Below, in pieces: positions 1 through 8,738 of a stretch of DNA of 64,000 nucleotides. The notes under the pieces are model-generated. The model searched no databases, had not been told where the DNA came from, and saw only the letters and a program-made list of their open reading frames with translations. Made by a program: the position numbers and the translations under genes. This DNA is from Nitrospirota bacterium (GTDB lineage: Bacteria > Nitrospirota > Thermodesulfovibrionia > Thermodesulfovibrionales > Dissulfurispiraceae). Positions within the stretch are counted from its first letter, which is position 1. Each line of letters starts with the position of its first letter. The stretch is taken from NCBI GenBank assembly GCA_963790025.1, contig CAWBMP010000005.1, positions 32,001 through 96,000 of the forward strand. Direction: 5' to 3'.

Positions 1-19
1 ATACTTTAATCGATTTCAA
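1..19 (-). CDS. Possible 5' end of a CDS running off the left edge (TTG AAA TCG ATT AAA GTA)
   Basis: GGAGG (25-29, minus strand) lies 5 nt upstream of TTG at 19; only 6 codons are visible. Confidence 0.3.
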
Positions 20-106
20 AAGTACCTCCCCGGGAATTAATAGAGTAGTATTATTGCATAATTGCGGTTCTTTCACAACTTCATCTTCTACATGCTCCTG
101 TTAGCT

Positions 107-1228
107 TCACTCGCAAATCACATAAGGTCTGGTTTTTTCGAGTCTTTTGCCTTTCAGTCCCAAATCTTCAAGGCGCATTATTCTCCCTTCCCTCCGCTGT
201 TTGAGTATTCTTGCAACTGTTGCCGGTCCCAGACCGGGCACTCTCAGCAGGAACTCCCTGTCAGCCGTGTTGATCTTCACGGGGTATAACTCAGGATGGC
301 TGGTGACCCATAGTTCCTTAGGATCTTTGTCGAGCCGGAGATTGCCGCTTGTGTCCATAAGAATGTCCCCTGATTCGAAGCCGTATTTACGGATAAGAAA
401 ATCGACCTGATACAGGCGGTGTTCGCGCATAAACACCTCTTCCGGACTTGTCAGGAAATTTTTCTCTCCCGGAATGTCCGGATGCCCCAGGCCCTTCTGG
501 TATGCGGAAAAATAAACGCGCTGGAATTTAAGACGACGGTAGAAACGAAACATATAATCCACGATCTCCGAGTCGGTCTCATCCGAGGCCCCCACAATGA
601 ACTGGGAAGTGCATTTGACCCGCGAAAACCTTGTGCCCCGGTCGGTGAGCCTGCTCATGAGCTTCAAGGGGCGGACGATGTCGTTCAGGTAATCCTTTTT
701 ATTCGAAAGCAGGTCAAAGCGTTTTTTCCCCGGTGTCTCGATATTGAGGGATACGGCGCTTGCAAGCGAGACGGAATCCTCGATTGCGGCATCTGAAGCG
801 CCCGGGATGATTTTCAGGTGTATGTAACCTTTGAATTGATGCTTATACCTGAGCAGACTTGCAACAGCGTTGATTTTGTCCATGGTATAGTCGGCACTAT
901 TCATGACGCCGGAACTCAGGAACAAGCCGAAGACCTTTTTCTTGCGTACATATTCCATGAATATGGAGGCCACTTCTTCGGGCTGGAGAGTGCAGCGCCT
1001 TACATTAGTTTCAGAGCGCAGAGGGCAGTATTTGCAGTCGTTTTTGCAAGCATTCGAAAGAAGAGTTTTCAAAAGGACGGAATAGCCGCCCTGCGGCAGA
1101 GAAACAGGATAAAGCCATTTCCCGTCGAGCCCTCTCTTGCGGCGGTCGTTCTCGTTAGTGCCGCATGCGCAGGCAAGATCATACTGAGAATCCTCGGAGA
1201 GCACCCTGAGCTTTTCTGTGGTGTCCAT
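107..1228 (-). CDS. Putative DNA modification/repair radical SAM protein with C-terminal helix-hairpin-helix (TIGR03916-like)
   Basis: CxxxCxxC (CKNDCKYC), N-terminal YDLACAC, REHRLYQVDFL, HhH LLRVPGLGPATVARI. Confidence 0.88.
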   Translation of the reverse strand: MDTTEKLRVLSEDSQYDLACACGTNENDRRKRGLDGKWLYPVSLPQGGYSVLLKTLLSNACKNDCKYCPLRSETNVRRCTLQPEEVASIFMEYVRKKKVFGLFLSSGVMNSADYTMDKINAVASLLRYKHQFKGYIHLKIIPGASDAAIEDSVSLASAVSLNIETPGKKRFDLLSNKKDYLNDIVRPLKLMSRLTDRGTRFSRVKCTSQFIVGASDETDSEIVDYMFRFYRRLKFQRVYFSAYQKGLGHPDIPGEKNFLTSPEEVFMREHRLYQVDFLIRKYGFESGDILMDTSGNLRLDKDPKELWVTSHPELYPVKINTADREFLLRVPGLGPATVARILKQRREGRIMRLEDLGLKGKRLEKTRPYVICE

Positions 1229-1328
1229 GATTAAAAATTATATCATAGTCATAGAAAACCACAGCTGTGATTATGCTAAAATAAATGTGGCCAATAAATA
1301 TGAAGAACACTCACCAGAGGGTTTGAAA

Positions 1329-2057
1329 ATGACAGTGCCAAAAGATATGAACGATGTCGTGCTTAATCCGCAGCAGCAGGCATCCCCTATGAAGAAGCTT
1401 CTTTCCAAAAGCGCCCAGATTACCGGTGGCGGTCCTTTCGATATGTTGCTTGCTGCGTCAATGGCCCAGGTTGAGGGCCAGGCAGGACTTCTGCACAGTC
1501 GCTTGGACCAATCCCCTCAGGGGTCTCTTCCTTCTACGGTTGACAAAAGCGACGACAGCAGGTTCAAAAATATACTTGCCACTGTTCTTAAGCATGAGGG
1601 GAGAACCTACGTGCAAAAAGACGGCTCCGAGTCCTCCAGGTTCGGGATACTGCAGTCAACGGCAGGAGCATTCGGCTACAAGGGAAATGTTAAAAACATG
1701 TCCAGGGCACAGGCAGAAGCTATCTATAAGAAAATATGGGCCAAATCAGGGTCTGCGTCATTGCCTTATCCGTTGAGCCTTGTGCACTTTGATACTTATG
1801 TGAACAGCCCTGCAGCTGCCATGAAGCTGTTGAATAAATCGGGTGGAAACGCAGAGACATATCTTGCAATGAGAGCGCGGCGTTATTCCCGTCTGGCAGA
1901 ACTCAGACCCGAACGGTACGGCAGGTACCTGAAGGGATGGATGAAAAGAATCGCAGATCTCCGCAATATTACCGCCGAGCACACTGTTATCAGCCGTTTC
2001 GCGCAGAATGATATTTTGCCTGCTGACGGGACCAAAAATAGCATTATAAAGGCATGA
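1329..2057 (+). CDS. Glycoside hydrolase family 108-like peptidoglycan muramidase with low-complexity N-terminal extension
   Basis: LKHEG...D....SRFGI, AEAIYKKIW, FDTYVNS and C-terminal GWMKRI match the GH108/PG-binding_3 pattern; ATG 1329 follows GAGG. Confidence 0.75.
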   Translation: MTVPKDMNDVVLNPQQQASPMKKLLSKSAQITGGGPFDMLLAASMAQVEGQAGLLHSRLDQSPQGSLPSTVDKSDDSRFKNILATVLKHEGRTYVQKDGSESSRFGILQSTAGAFGYKGNVKNMSRAQAEAIYKKIWAKSGSASLPYPLSLVHFDTYVNSPAAAMKLLNKSGGNAETYLAMRARRYSRLAELRPERYGRYLKGWMKRIADLRNITAEHTVISRFAQNDILPADGTKNSIIKA

Positions 2058-2115
2058 CTTGTTTTGCCTTTCGGACGGTGCTATTATTGGGTATTAACTA
2101 TCATTGGGGGACAAC

Positions 2116-2370
2116 ATGAATCTGCATGACGAAATTGCAAAGGTTGCACATGAGCTGTATGAGAGGAGCGGATGTGTAGCGGGTTGTGATCGGGAGAACT
2201 GGCTGGAAGCGGAGCGGATCGTAAAAGCCCGCCTGGCACAAAAGAGTAGCGGTCCTGCAACGGAGGGGCCGGAAAAGAAGCCAAAAAAGAAGCAGGCAGG
2301 CCAGGCAAGCCTGAAGAAGACTGCAGGGGCCAAAAAAACTCCCGCAAAGAGGAGCTCTAAGACCAAATAA
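2116..2370 (+). CDS. DUF2934 domain small protein with Lys-rich tail
   Basis: IAKVAHELYERSG...DRENWLEAE motif; GGGG RBS before ATG 2116. Confidence 0.8.
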   Translation: MNLHDEIAKVAHELYERSGCVAGCDRENWLEAERIVKARLAQKSSGPATEGPEKKPKKKQAGQASLKKTAGAKKTPAKRSSKTK

Positions 2371-2382
2371 ACAGGACGATGT

Positions 2383-3393
2383 ATGTTTGAGGCCAGGCTT
2401 TACGAAAAGCTTGAAGGAGGAAAGGTAAAATGCTTCCTCTGCCCTCAGTACTGTATCATTTCTCCGGGCAAGCGTGGTATTTGCGGGGTCAGGGAAAACA
2501 GTGAGGGGACCCTTTATACCCTGGTGTATGGCAGGGTTGCTGCGAAGCATGTCGACCCCATAGAGAAAAAACCGCTTTTCCATTTTTATCCCGGTTCGCA
2601 TTCATTTTCAATTTCCACAGTCGGTTGCAATTTCAGGTGTCTCCACTGCCAGAATTTCAATTTATCGCAATATCCGAAACATAACAAGGATGTTCCCGGT
2701 GAAGAAATGTCTCCGGAAGACGTTGTCGAAGAGGCTGTGCTCGCAGGATGCGAAAGCATATCATACACCTATACTGAGCCAACTATTTTCTTTGAGTTTG
2801 CCTATGATTGTGCTCGTCTTGCCCATAAGAAGGGGATCAGGAATGTGTTTGTCAGCAACGGCTATACAAGCCCTGATGCCATACGTCTTATTGCGCCCTA
2901 CCTTGATGCCAACAATATTGATTTAAAGGGAGATGATGCCTTTTATAAGAAAGTAGTAGGGGCAAAACTGCAGCCAGTGCTCGACACTATTAAGCTGATG
3001 AGGGAATTGGGGGTCTGGGTCGAAGTGACCACACTTATTATTCCTGATTATAACGATTCCGATGAGTTTCTGACATTCACCGCTGCTTTCATAAAGTCAG
3101 TCGATGCCGCCATCCCCTGGCACGTGAGCCAGTTCTATCCGACCTATCAACTGAGAGATAAGCCAAGGACGCCTTTGAGCACATTGAAAAGAGCGCGTGA
3201 TATTGGTCTGAGGAGCGGCTTGAAATACGTCTACGAGGGCAATGTCCCAGGAGCGGGGGGCGAGAATACGGTGTGCCCGTCCTGCGGTGAGTTGCTGATA
3301 GAACGGATGGGCTATGTGCTGACGCAAATTAATATGAAAGACTCTCATTGTAAAAAATGCGGCGCACGGATTGACGGCATCGGGATGCCGTAA
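2383..3393 (+). CDS. amrS: AmmeMemoRadiSam system radical SAM enzyme
   Basis: N-terminal CxxCPxxC/CGVR, DPIEKKPLFHFYPG, CNFRCLHC, YTYTEP, C-terminal CPSC/CKKC. Confidence 0.9.
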   Translation: MFEARLYEKLEGGKVKCFLCPQYCIISPGKRGICGVRENSEGTLYTLVYGRVAAKHVDPIEKKPLFHFYPGSHSFSISTVGCNFRCLHCQNFNLSQYPKHNKDVPGEEMSPEDVVEEAVLAGCESISYTYTEPTIFFEFAYDCARLAHKKGIRNVFVSNGYTSPDAIRLIAPYLDANNIDLKGDDAFYKKVVGAKLQPVLDTIKLMRELGVWVEVTTLIIPDYNDSDEFLTFTAAFIKSVDAAIPWHVSQFYPTYQLRDKPRTPLSTLKRARDIGLRSGLKYVYEGNVPGAGGENTVCPSCGELLIERMGYVLTQINMKDSHCKKCGARIDGIGMP

Positions 3394-3410
3394 GTGTTAT
3401 AATTGGCATT

Positions 3411-4796
3411 ATGGCTGATGAGTACAGAGTCGAAATGGACAGCATGGGGGAGATAAGGGTCCCTGCCGATGCATATTGGGGGGCACAAACGCAGCGGGCC
3501 ATCGAGAATTTTGTCATAGACTGTCTGACTTTGCCTGAGATATTTATACGCTCCGTAGCCACCATAAAGTATGCTGCTGCGGTCACAAATACGTCCCTGG
3601 GATTGCTGAAGTCTGAACACGGCGATGCCATACTCAGGGCATGCAGTGAAGTCATGGAAGGCAGACTTAAAGGGCAATTCCCCCTCGGAGTTTTTCAGAC
3701 AGGGAGCGGGACATCCACCAATATGAATGTAAATGAGGTGGTGGCGACGAGGGCCAATGAATTGCTTACCGGGAAAAAGCTTACTACCGCACCGGTGCAT
3801 CCTAATGACCACGTGAACATTGGCCAATCTTCCAATGATGTCATTCCTTCGGCAATCCGTATTTCGGCGTATCTTGAACTTACTAATACCCTGCTGCCCG
3901 CGCTAAGGCATTTGTTAGATGTTATGTCTGAAAAGCAACAGGAGTACAACACCGTGGTAAAGACAGGGAGAACTCATCTGATGGATGCAGTCCCTGTGAC
4001 TTTTGGCCAGGAAATATCCGGATGGGCCACACAAATCAGGCTTGGCATAGACAGAATAGAAAGCGTCCTGCCCAGACTTGCGGAGTTGCCCATCGGCGGG
4101 ACTGCTGTGGGGACCGGACTGAATGCCCCACGTGGATTCAGCGAAGGGGTAGTCAGGGTGATCGGTGACATGACCGGGTTATCTTTTGAAACGTCCCGTA
4201 ACAATTTTGAGGCACAGGCCTCAATGGATATCGCTGCAGAGCTTTCAGGGCAGTTGAAGACTGTTGCTGCAGGCATAATGAAGATAACAAGCGATTTAAG
4301 GCTCATGAACAGCGGTCCTCAGTCGGGGCTTGCTGAAATAAAGTTGCCGGCTTTGCAACCCGGTTCTTCGATCATGCCCGGTAAGATTAACCCTGTAATA
4401 CCCGAGGCGGCCAGAATGGCATGTGCCCGTGTGCTTGGCAACGATGCCACTATTACAGTCTCCTGCTCTCTTGGTGAATTCGAGTTGAATACTCTGCTGC
4501 CCGTGATCGGACATACGCTCCTGGAATCAATTGAGATTATGTCGCACGCGATCCATCTGCTTGCGGACAAGGCAATCAGGGGCATGGTGGTCAACAGTGT
4601 GCATATTCAGAAATTGCTCAAAAAAAACCCGATGATCGCCACGGCTCTCGTGCCGGTCCTCGGGTATGAAAAGACAGCCGGGATAATAATGAAGGCGCTC
4701 GATGAAGACCGGAATATCAGGGAAGTCGTCCTCGAATCCGGCCTCCTGTCTGAACAAGAGGCTGATGCGTACCTTGATATAAATAAGATGGTATAA
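3411..4796 (+). CDS. fumC: Class II fumarate hydratase (fumarase/aspartase superfamily)
   Basis: GSSIMPGKINP signature, FQTGSGTSTNMN, KTGRTHLMDA, HPNDHVN. Confidence 0.85.
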   Translation: MADEYRVEMDSMGEIRVPADAYWGAQTQRAIENFVIDCLTLPEIFIRSVATIKYAAAVTNTSLGLLKSEHGDAILRACSEVMEGRLKGQFPLGVFQTGSGTSTNMNVNEVVATRANELLTGKKLTTAPVHPNDHVNIGQSSNDVIPSAIRISAYLELTNTLLPALRHLLDVMSEKQQEYNTVVKTGRTHLMDAVPVTFGQEISGWATQIRLGIDRIESVLPRLAELPIGGTAVGTGLNAPRGFSEGVVRVIGDMTGLSFETSRNNFEAQASMDIAAELSGQLKTVAAGIMKITSDLRLMNSGPQSGLAEIKLPALQPGSSIMPGKINPVIPEAARMACARVLGNDATITVSCSLGEFELNTLLPVIGHTLLESIEIMSHAIHLLADKAIRGMVVNSVHIQKLLKKNPMIATALVPVLGYEKTAGIIMKALDEDRNIREVVLESGLLSEQEADAYLDINKMV

Positions 4797-5321
4797 ATGG
4801 GTAACGTAATACAATTAATTAAAAAAGCCTTTGCAGGAAAAAAAGAAGCGGGGATTACCGTGTTGCAGGTGCTTGGCTCGCTCCCGGAAGACTATATAGT
4901 CTTCAGCACTATCCTGTACGACAACAACGAAATCAACCATGTGGTCTTCAGCAAGAGGCAGGGACTGTTCCTCATAAACGTGGTGGCTGATAAAGGAACT
5001 GTTTCTTATGACGGATCACTCTTGCATATAAATAACAAGCCGCGGTCGGATGCCATAAAAAAAACGCTGAAAGATACGTTCTGGCTGAAATCGACTGTCC
5101 GTGAACGTATCGGGCTCGACGTGCCCATTACTCCCATTGTCGTATTCGAACATGCCAGGATAAATGTCAGCGGATTGGTGGTGGGTGTCGCTGTGAAAGG
5201 AAGCGGAGACCTGCTGAACATGGTACTCAATGCCCCGGAGAAGAAAATACTCGAGGAAGGAGTGCTTATTGTATTAAGAGAGTTGCACGGTATGCGCACG
5301 ATCAGCTACAGGAAATTGTGA
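4797..5321 (+). CDS. NERD (nuclease-related domain)-like protein with degenerate catalytic motifs
   Basis: LPEDYIVF...EINHVVF...GLFLINV...PITPIVVF follows the NERD layout; abuts the fumC stop codon. Confidence 0.6.
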   Translation: MGNVIQLIKKAFAGKKEAGITVLQVLGSLPEDYIVFSTILYDNNEINHVVFSKRQGLFLINVVADKGTVSYDGSLLHINNKPRSDAIKKTLKDTFWLKSTVRERIGLDVPITPIVVFEHARINVSGLVVGVAVKGSGDLLNMVLNAPEKKILEEGVLIVLRELHGMRTISYRKL

Positions 5322-6019
5322 TGGAAATATCTGCGAGCAGTTATAAACTTGTGAAGACAGCCGCAATAGTTGTTAACTTGTTAACGGCAATTCTTATTAT
5401 TATATCGCTTCCGGTCAACGGTGTGGCACTCACACCTTGCAGGTTAACGGACCAGGCCAAGCCGGATAAACCTTCCAGGCCTTCCAGGGCTGTTTTCCTC
5501 GTCGCGGACAAACACATCATGGATTCCATTTTCAGGGAAACGGTCATTTTTTTAATATCACACGATCAGAATGGCGCGATGGGAGTAATAATCAACCGGC
5601 CTTCTGATATAGCGCTTTTTTCTGTATTACCGGACATTAAGGGATTGCAGCAGAGAAATGATTCGTTGTATGTGGGGGGACCGGTTGCCATGAACAGATT
5701 GCTTATACTCATACAATCCGGTAGTTTACCCGAGGCCTCGGTTCAGTTGTCCGATAACGTGTACCTCAGTGCCGGCAGTGAAGCCCTGAAACGCATAGTC
5801 GACAGCCCGAGGGGAGATGAAAGGTTTCGGGTGTATGCCGGTTACGCCGGTTGGGCGCCCGGCCAGCTTGAACAGGAAATTTCCCGAAGCGACTGGCATA
5901 TAATGGAAGCGGATTCGACAGTCATATTCGATAAGGCAGCTTCGTCCATCTGGCCGGAACTCAATAAAATGAAACCGGCAATGGAAGTGAACTCAAGAAT
6001 ACTCCCGTTCTTCTTCTGA
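5318..6019 (+). CDS. YqgE/AlgH family protein with N-terminal hydrophobic segment
   Basis: GAMGVIINRP, YVGGPV, RVYAGYAGWAPGQLEQE. Confidence 0.9.
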   Translation: MMEISASSYKLVKTAAIVVNLLTAILIIISLPVNGVALTPCRLTDQAKPDKPSRPSRAVFLVADKHIMDSIFRETVIFLISHDQNGAMGVIINRPSDIALFSVLPDIKGLQQRNDSLYVGGPVAMNRLLILIQSGSLPEASVQLSDNVYLSAGSEALKRIVDSPRGDERFRVYAGYAGWAPGQLEQEISRSDWHIMEADSTVIFDKAASSIWPELNKMKPAMEVNSRILPFFF

Positions 6020-6029
6020 TTTGTAATCA

Positions 6030-6060
6030 TGGGGTCAGGTCCACTATTTACCTTTCCCCA
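6030..6060. repeat. Imperfect hairpin carrying the TGGGGTCAGG motif between convergent genes (REP-like and/or terminator)
   Basis: TGGGG-tc-AGGT-ccactattt-ACCT-tt-CCCCA; ATGGGGTCAGG is identical to the right end of the element at 23796-24782. Confidence 0.5.
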
Positions 6061-6119
6061 CATTCTCGACTGATGGCTCATTTGTTTACTTAATAATGTA
6101 ACAGTGTTTAATGCCTGCT

Positions 6120-7742
6120 CTAAACCTTGAATTGGCTTACCACTGTTTGTAACTCCGTAGCCAGCCTGGCAAGATCAGATGAGGACTGGGCTATCTGTCC
6201 ACCACCGGCTGATATCTCTTTGGATCCCTCGGCGATGCTCTGGATATCTGAACTGATGGTTTCGGAAACCGATGACATCTCTTCAGTAGACGATGCTATC
6301 TGCTGGACCATCGACTGAAGAGTATTAACACTTTTCACGATATTGCCAAGAACATCTCCAGCTTTCAGGCTATATTCAACCCCACTTTCTACTCTTGTGC
6401 TAGAATTGCTCATCGAAACCGCCGCCTTCTCCACTTCCTTCTGGATTGCCTGAATCATGGTGTTTATTTGAGAGGTAGCCTGAGATGTGCGTTCAGCTAA
6501 TTTTCTAACTTCGTCTGCTACAACAGCGAAGCCACGGCCCTGCTCCCCTGCTCGTGCAGCTTCGATGGCGGCATTCAGGGCCAAAAGGTTTGTCTGGTCC
6601 GCAATGTCCTTGATGACATCAACAATATTTCCTATTTCTTTTGAGTTGCTGCCGAGCCGATGCATTACCTCAGATGATTCTGCTACGGTTGCAGCAATGG
6701 CCTGAACTTCCTGCACTGATTGATTGACTACTGATTCCCCTCCCTGTGCCTCGCGAAATGTCTCTGTTGAAATGTCTGCTATATTCGAGGCATTTTTTGC
6801 AACATCAACAACAGTCTGGGACATTTCCTCGGTGGCAGTCGCAATCTGGTTTGAGCGGTTTGCCTGTCCGTCCATGCCCCTCGATATCTCTTCAGCACTG
6901 GCGCTCAATTGATTGCTTCCCGACGCCAGATTGTCCGATACATACTTGATTTTAGCAATGAGCTCACGCAGACTATTGACCATAATACCCATAGCAGCCA
7001 TTAATCTGCCGACTTCATCGTCAGACTTCATAGATATCGTTGCAGTAAGATCCCCTGCCGCAAGGCGATTAGCTACAGATATTCCTTCTTGAAGTGGCCC
7101 GGTTATGCTCTTCATAATCAGCAAGGATATTCCAATCGCCAATAGGATTGCGATAACAAGCAGCACAACAACTACCAACTGGGCCTTCTGCACCTCTGCA
7201 GATGCGCTCCTGCCGGATTCGTCCATTAGATGTCCCTGAAACTTCACAAATGCATCAACGGCTTCAAAATAAGCGGTTTGAGAACTGCGAAAAGTCGTAA
7301 CTAAAAACTGGCCGGCTTCTTTTTTCTTGCCTTGTTTGATTAAATCCACAACCTTGATCTGGTCTTCCTTACATGCAGCTCTTTTTGACTTAACGTCACT
7401 TAACAACATCTTGCCTTTTTCAGTCTTAATCATATTTTCAAGTTTACCCAAAATATCTGTTACTTTATTACCAGCTTCATTTACCCTATCCAGCTCTTTC
7501 TGCATGGTCTGGGGGTCATCATCAATAACAGCGTTTCTGAGTGCCCTGGCTACAATATTGATGTTGACGGTCACCTCGTCCAACTGTTGAGCTTTGGGCC
7601 AACGGTCATACACTACAACGTCAACTTGATGCCCTATTCCACGAATATATACTACAGAAACCGCACCGAGCAGAAGCGCCAAAAGCAGCACAATTCCAAA
7701 ACCGGCAAACAACCTTGTTTTGATTGTCAGACGATTTAACAT
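6120..7742 (-). CDS. Methyl-accepting chemotaxis protein (four-helix-bundle sensor, HAMP)
   Basis: Two TM helices, [50 protein letters not shown] before ATG 7742. Confidence 0.95.
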   Translation of the reverse strand: MLNRLTIKTRLFAGFGIVLLLALLLGAVSVVYIRGIGHQVDVVVYDRWPKAQQLDEVTVNINIVARALRNAVIDDDPQTMQKELDRVNEAGNKVTDILGKLENMIKTEKGKMLLSDVKSKRAACKEDQIKVVDLIKQGKKKEAGQFLVTTFRSSQTAYFEAVDAFVKFQGHLMDESGRSASAEVQKAQLVVVVLLVIAILLAIGISLLIMKSITGPLQEGISVANRLAAGDLTATISMKSDDEVGRLMAAMGIMVNSLRELIAKIKYVSDNLASGSNQLSASAEEISRGMDGQANRSNQIATATEEMSQTVVDVAKNASNIADISTETFREAQGGESVVNQSVQEVQAIAATVAESSEVMHRLGSNSKEIGNIVDVIKDIADQTNLLALNAAIEAARAGEQGRGFAVVADEVRKLAERTSQATSQINTMIQAIQKEVEKAAVSMSNSSTRVESGVEYSLKAGDVLGNIVKSVNTLQSMVQQIASSTEEMSSVSETISSDIQSIAEGSKEISAGGGQIAQSSSDLARLATELQTVVSQFKV

Positions 7743-8081
7743 AGTTGCTCTCCTTTTCGTAAAGCGACCTGCTGTAAAGAAATCATAATGATAGTCGATC
7801 AAACAAATTATTATGATTTCATATGCCTGTCACAATCGATACGTTTAATCTAACTTTACAACTTCTATTTGTATATACGTATGTCTACGTAGTTCGCAAT
7901 AATTTTTTTTGTTAGACCTATAAGATATAGTTATTTTAAAACAACACGAGATCAACCTGGCTGCTCTTCCGGACACTCTTTCATTGAGATCATTCGGCAA
8001 ATCCGGACTTGCTATCGCGTAAAAGATACAGGAATTAGCTATGTATTTGGCCGGCAATAAGTGTCTTCAACGGTCAAATAA

Positions 8082-8738
8082 TCACTCCTCAAGCGGCAAA
8101 ATGTTTTTTTGTATTGCGAAGCGTATGAGATCGGCCTGATTCTGGAGAGAGAGCTTGCGCATCATGTTGGCGCGATGTATCTCGACGGTTCGAGGACTGA
8201 TCGACAGGCGTGTAGCAATCACTGCGCTGCTCATGCCATTAGATACCATATGAAGAACATCTCGTTCACGTCTTGTCAGTGTATCCAGCGGATCTATTGA
8301 AGGGCTTTCCTTCGCCCGCACATAATCTTTGAGTACAACTTCGGAGATTGGTGAACTGAGGAACCTCCGCCCTACGACCACCTCACGTATTGCTCGAATA
8401 AGGTCGCCTCCTGACGAGTCCTTCAGGACATAACCCTCCGCACCATTATTGAATGCTTCGGCGACATATCCCTCATAACTATACATTGAGAGTATGATGA
8501 CGTGCGTCTGTGGAGAAACTTTCCTGACTCGCAGCGTTACTTCCATCCCATTTATCCCGGGCATCATCATATCAAGGACCAGAATATCCGGACACAGGGA
8601 ACGGACAATTTCAACTGTCTGAAGTCCGTCTTCGCACTCACCCACAATCTTAAAGTCCGGCTCTCGCTCAAGCAAGAGTCGGATTCCCTCCCTGACAATC
8701 CGATGGTCTTCCGCAAGGACAATCCTCATTTGTTTCAT
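8082..8738 (-). CDS. NarL/LuxR family response regulator
   Basis: REC (LAEDH, LDMMMPGING) plus LuxR HTH (LTRRERDVL...ISPRTVEIHRANMMRKL). Confidence 0.95.
   Translation of the reverse strand: MKQMRIVLAEDHRIVREGIRLLLEREPDFKIVGECEDGLQTVEIVRSLCPDILVLDMMMPGINGMEVTLRVRKVSPQTHVIILSMYSYEGYVAEAFNNGAEGYVLKDSSGGDLIRAIREVVVGRRFLSSPISEVVLKDYVRAKESPSIDPLDTLTRRERDVLHMVSNGMSSAVIATRLSISPRTVEIHRANMMRKLSLQNQADLIRFAIQKNILPLEE

Noticed and set aside
7830..7860. Sigma28-like promoter for the MCP gene (TAAAGTTA...ATCGATTG on the minus strand)
   Set aside because: The spacer is one base short and the -10 match is poor
7803..8081. Possible c-di-GMP-I riboswitch upstream of the MCP gene
   Set aside because: GGCAAA occurs on the wrong strand and the GAAA tetraloop/CGCAAAG core is absent
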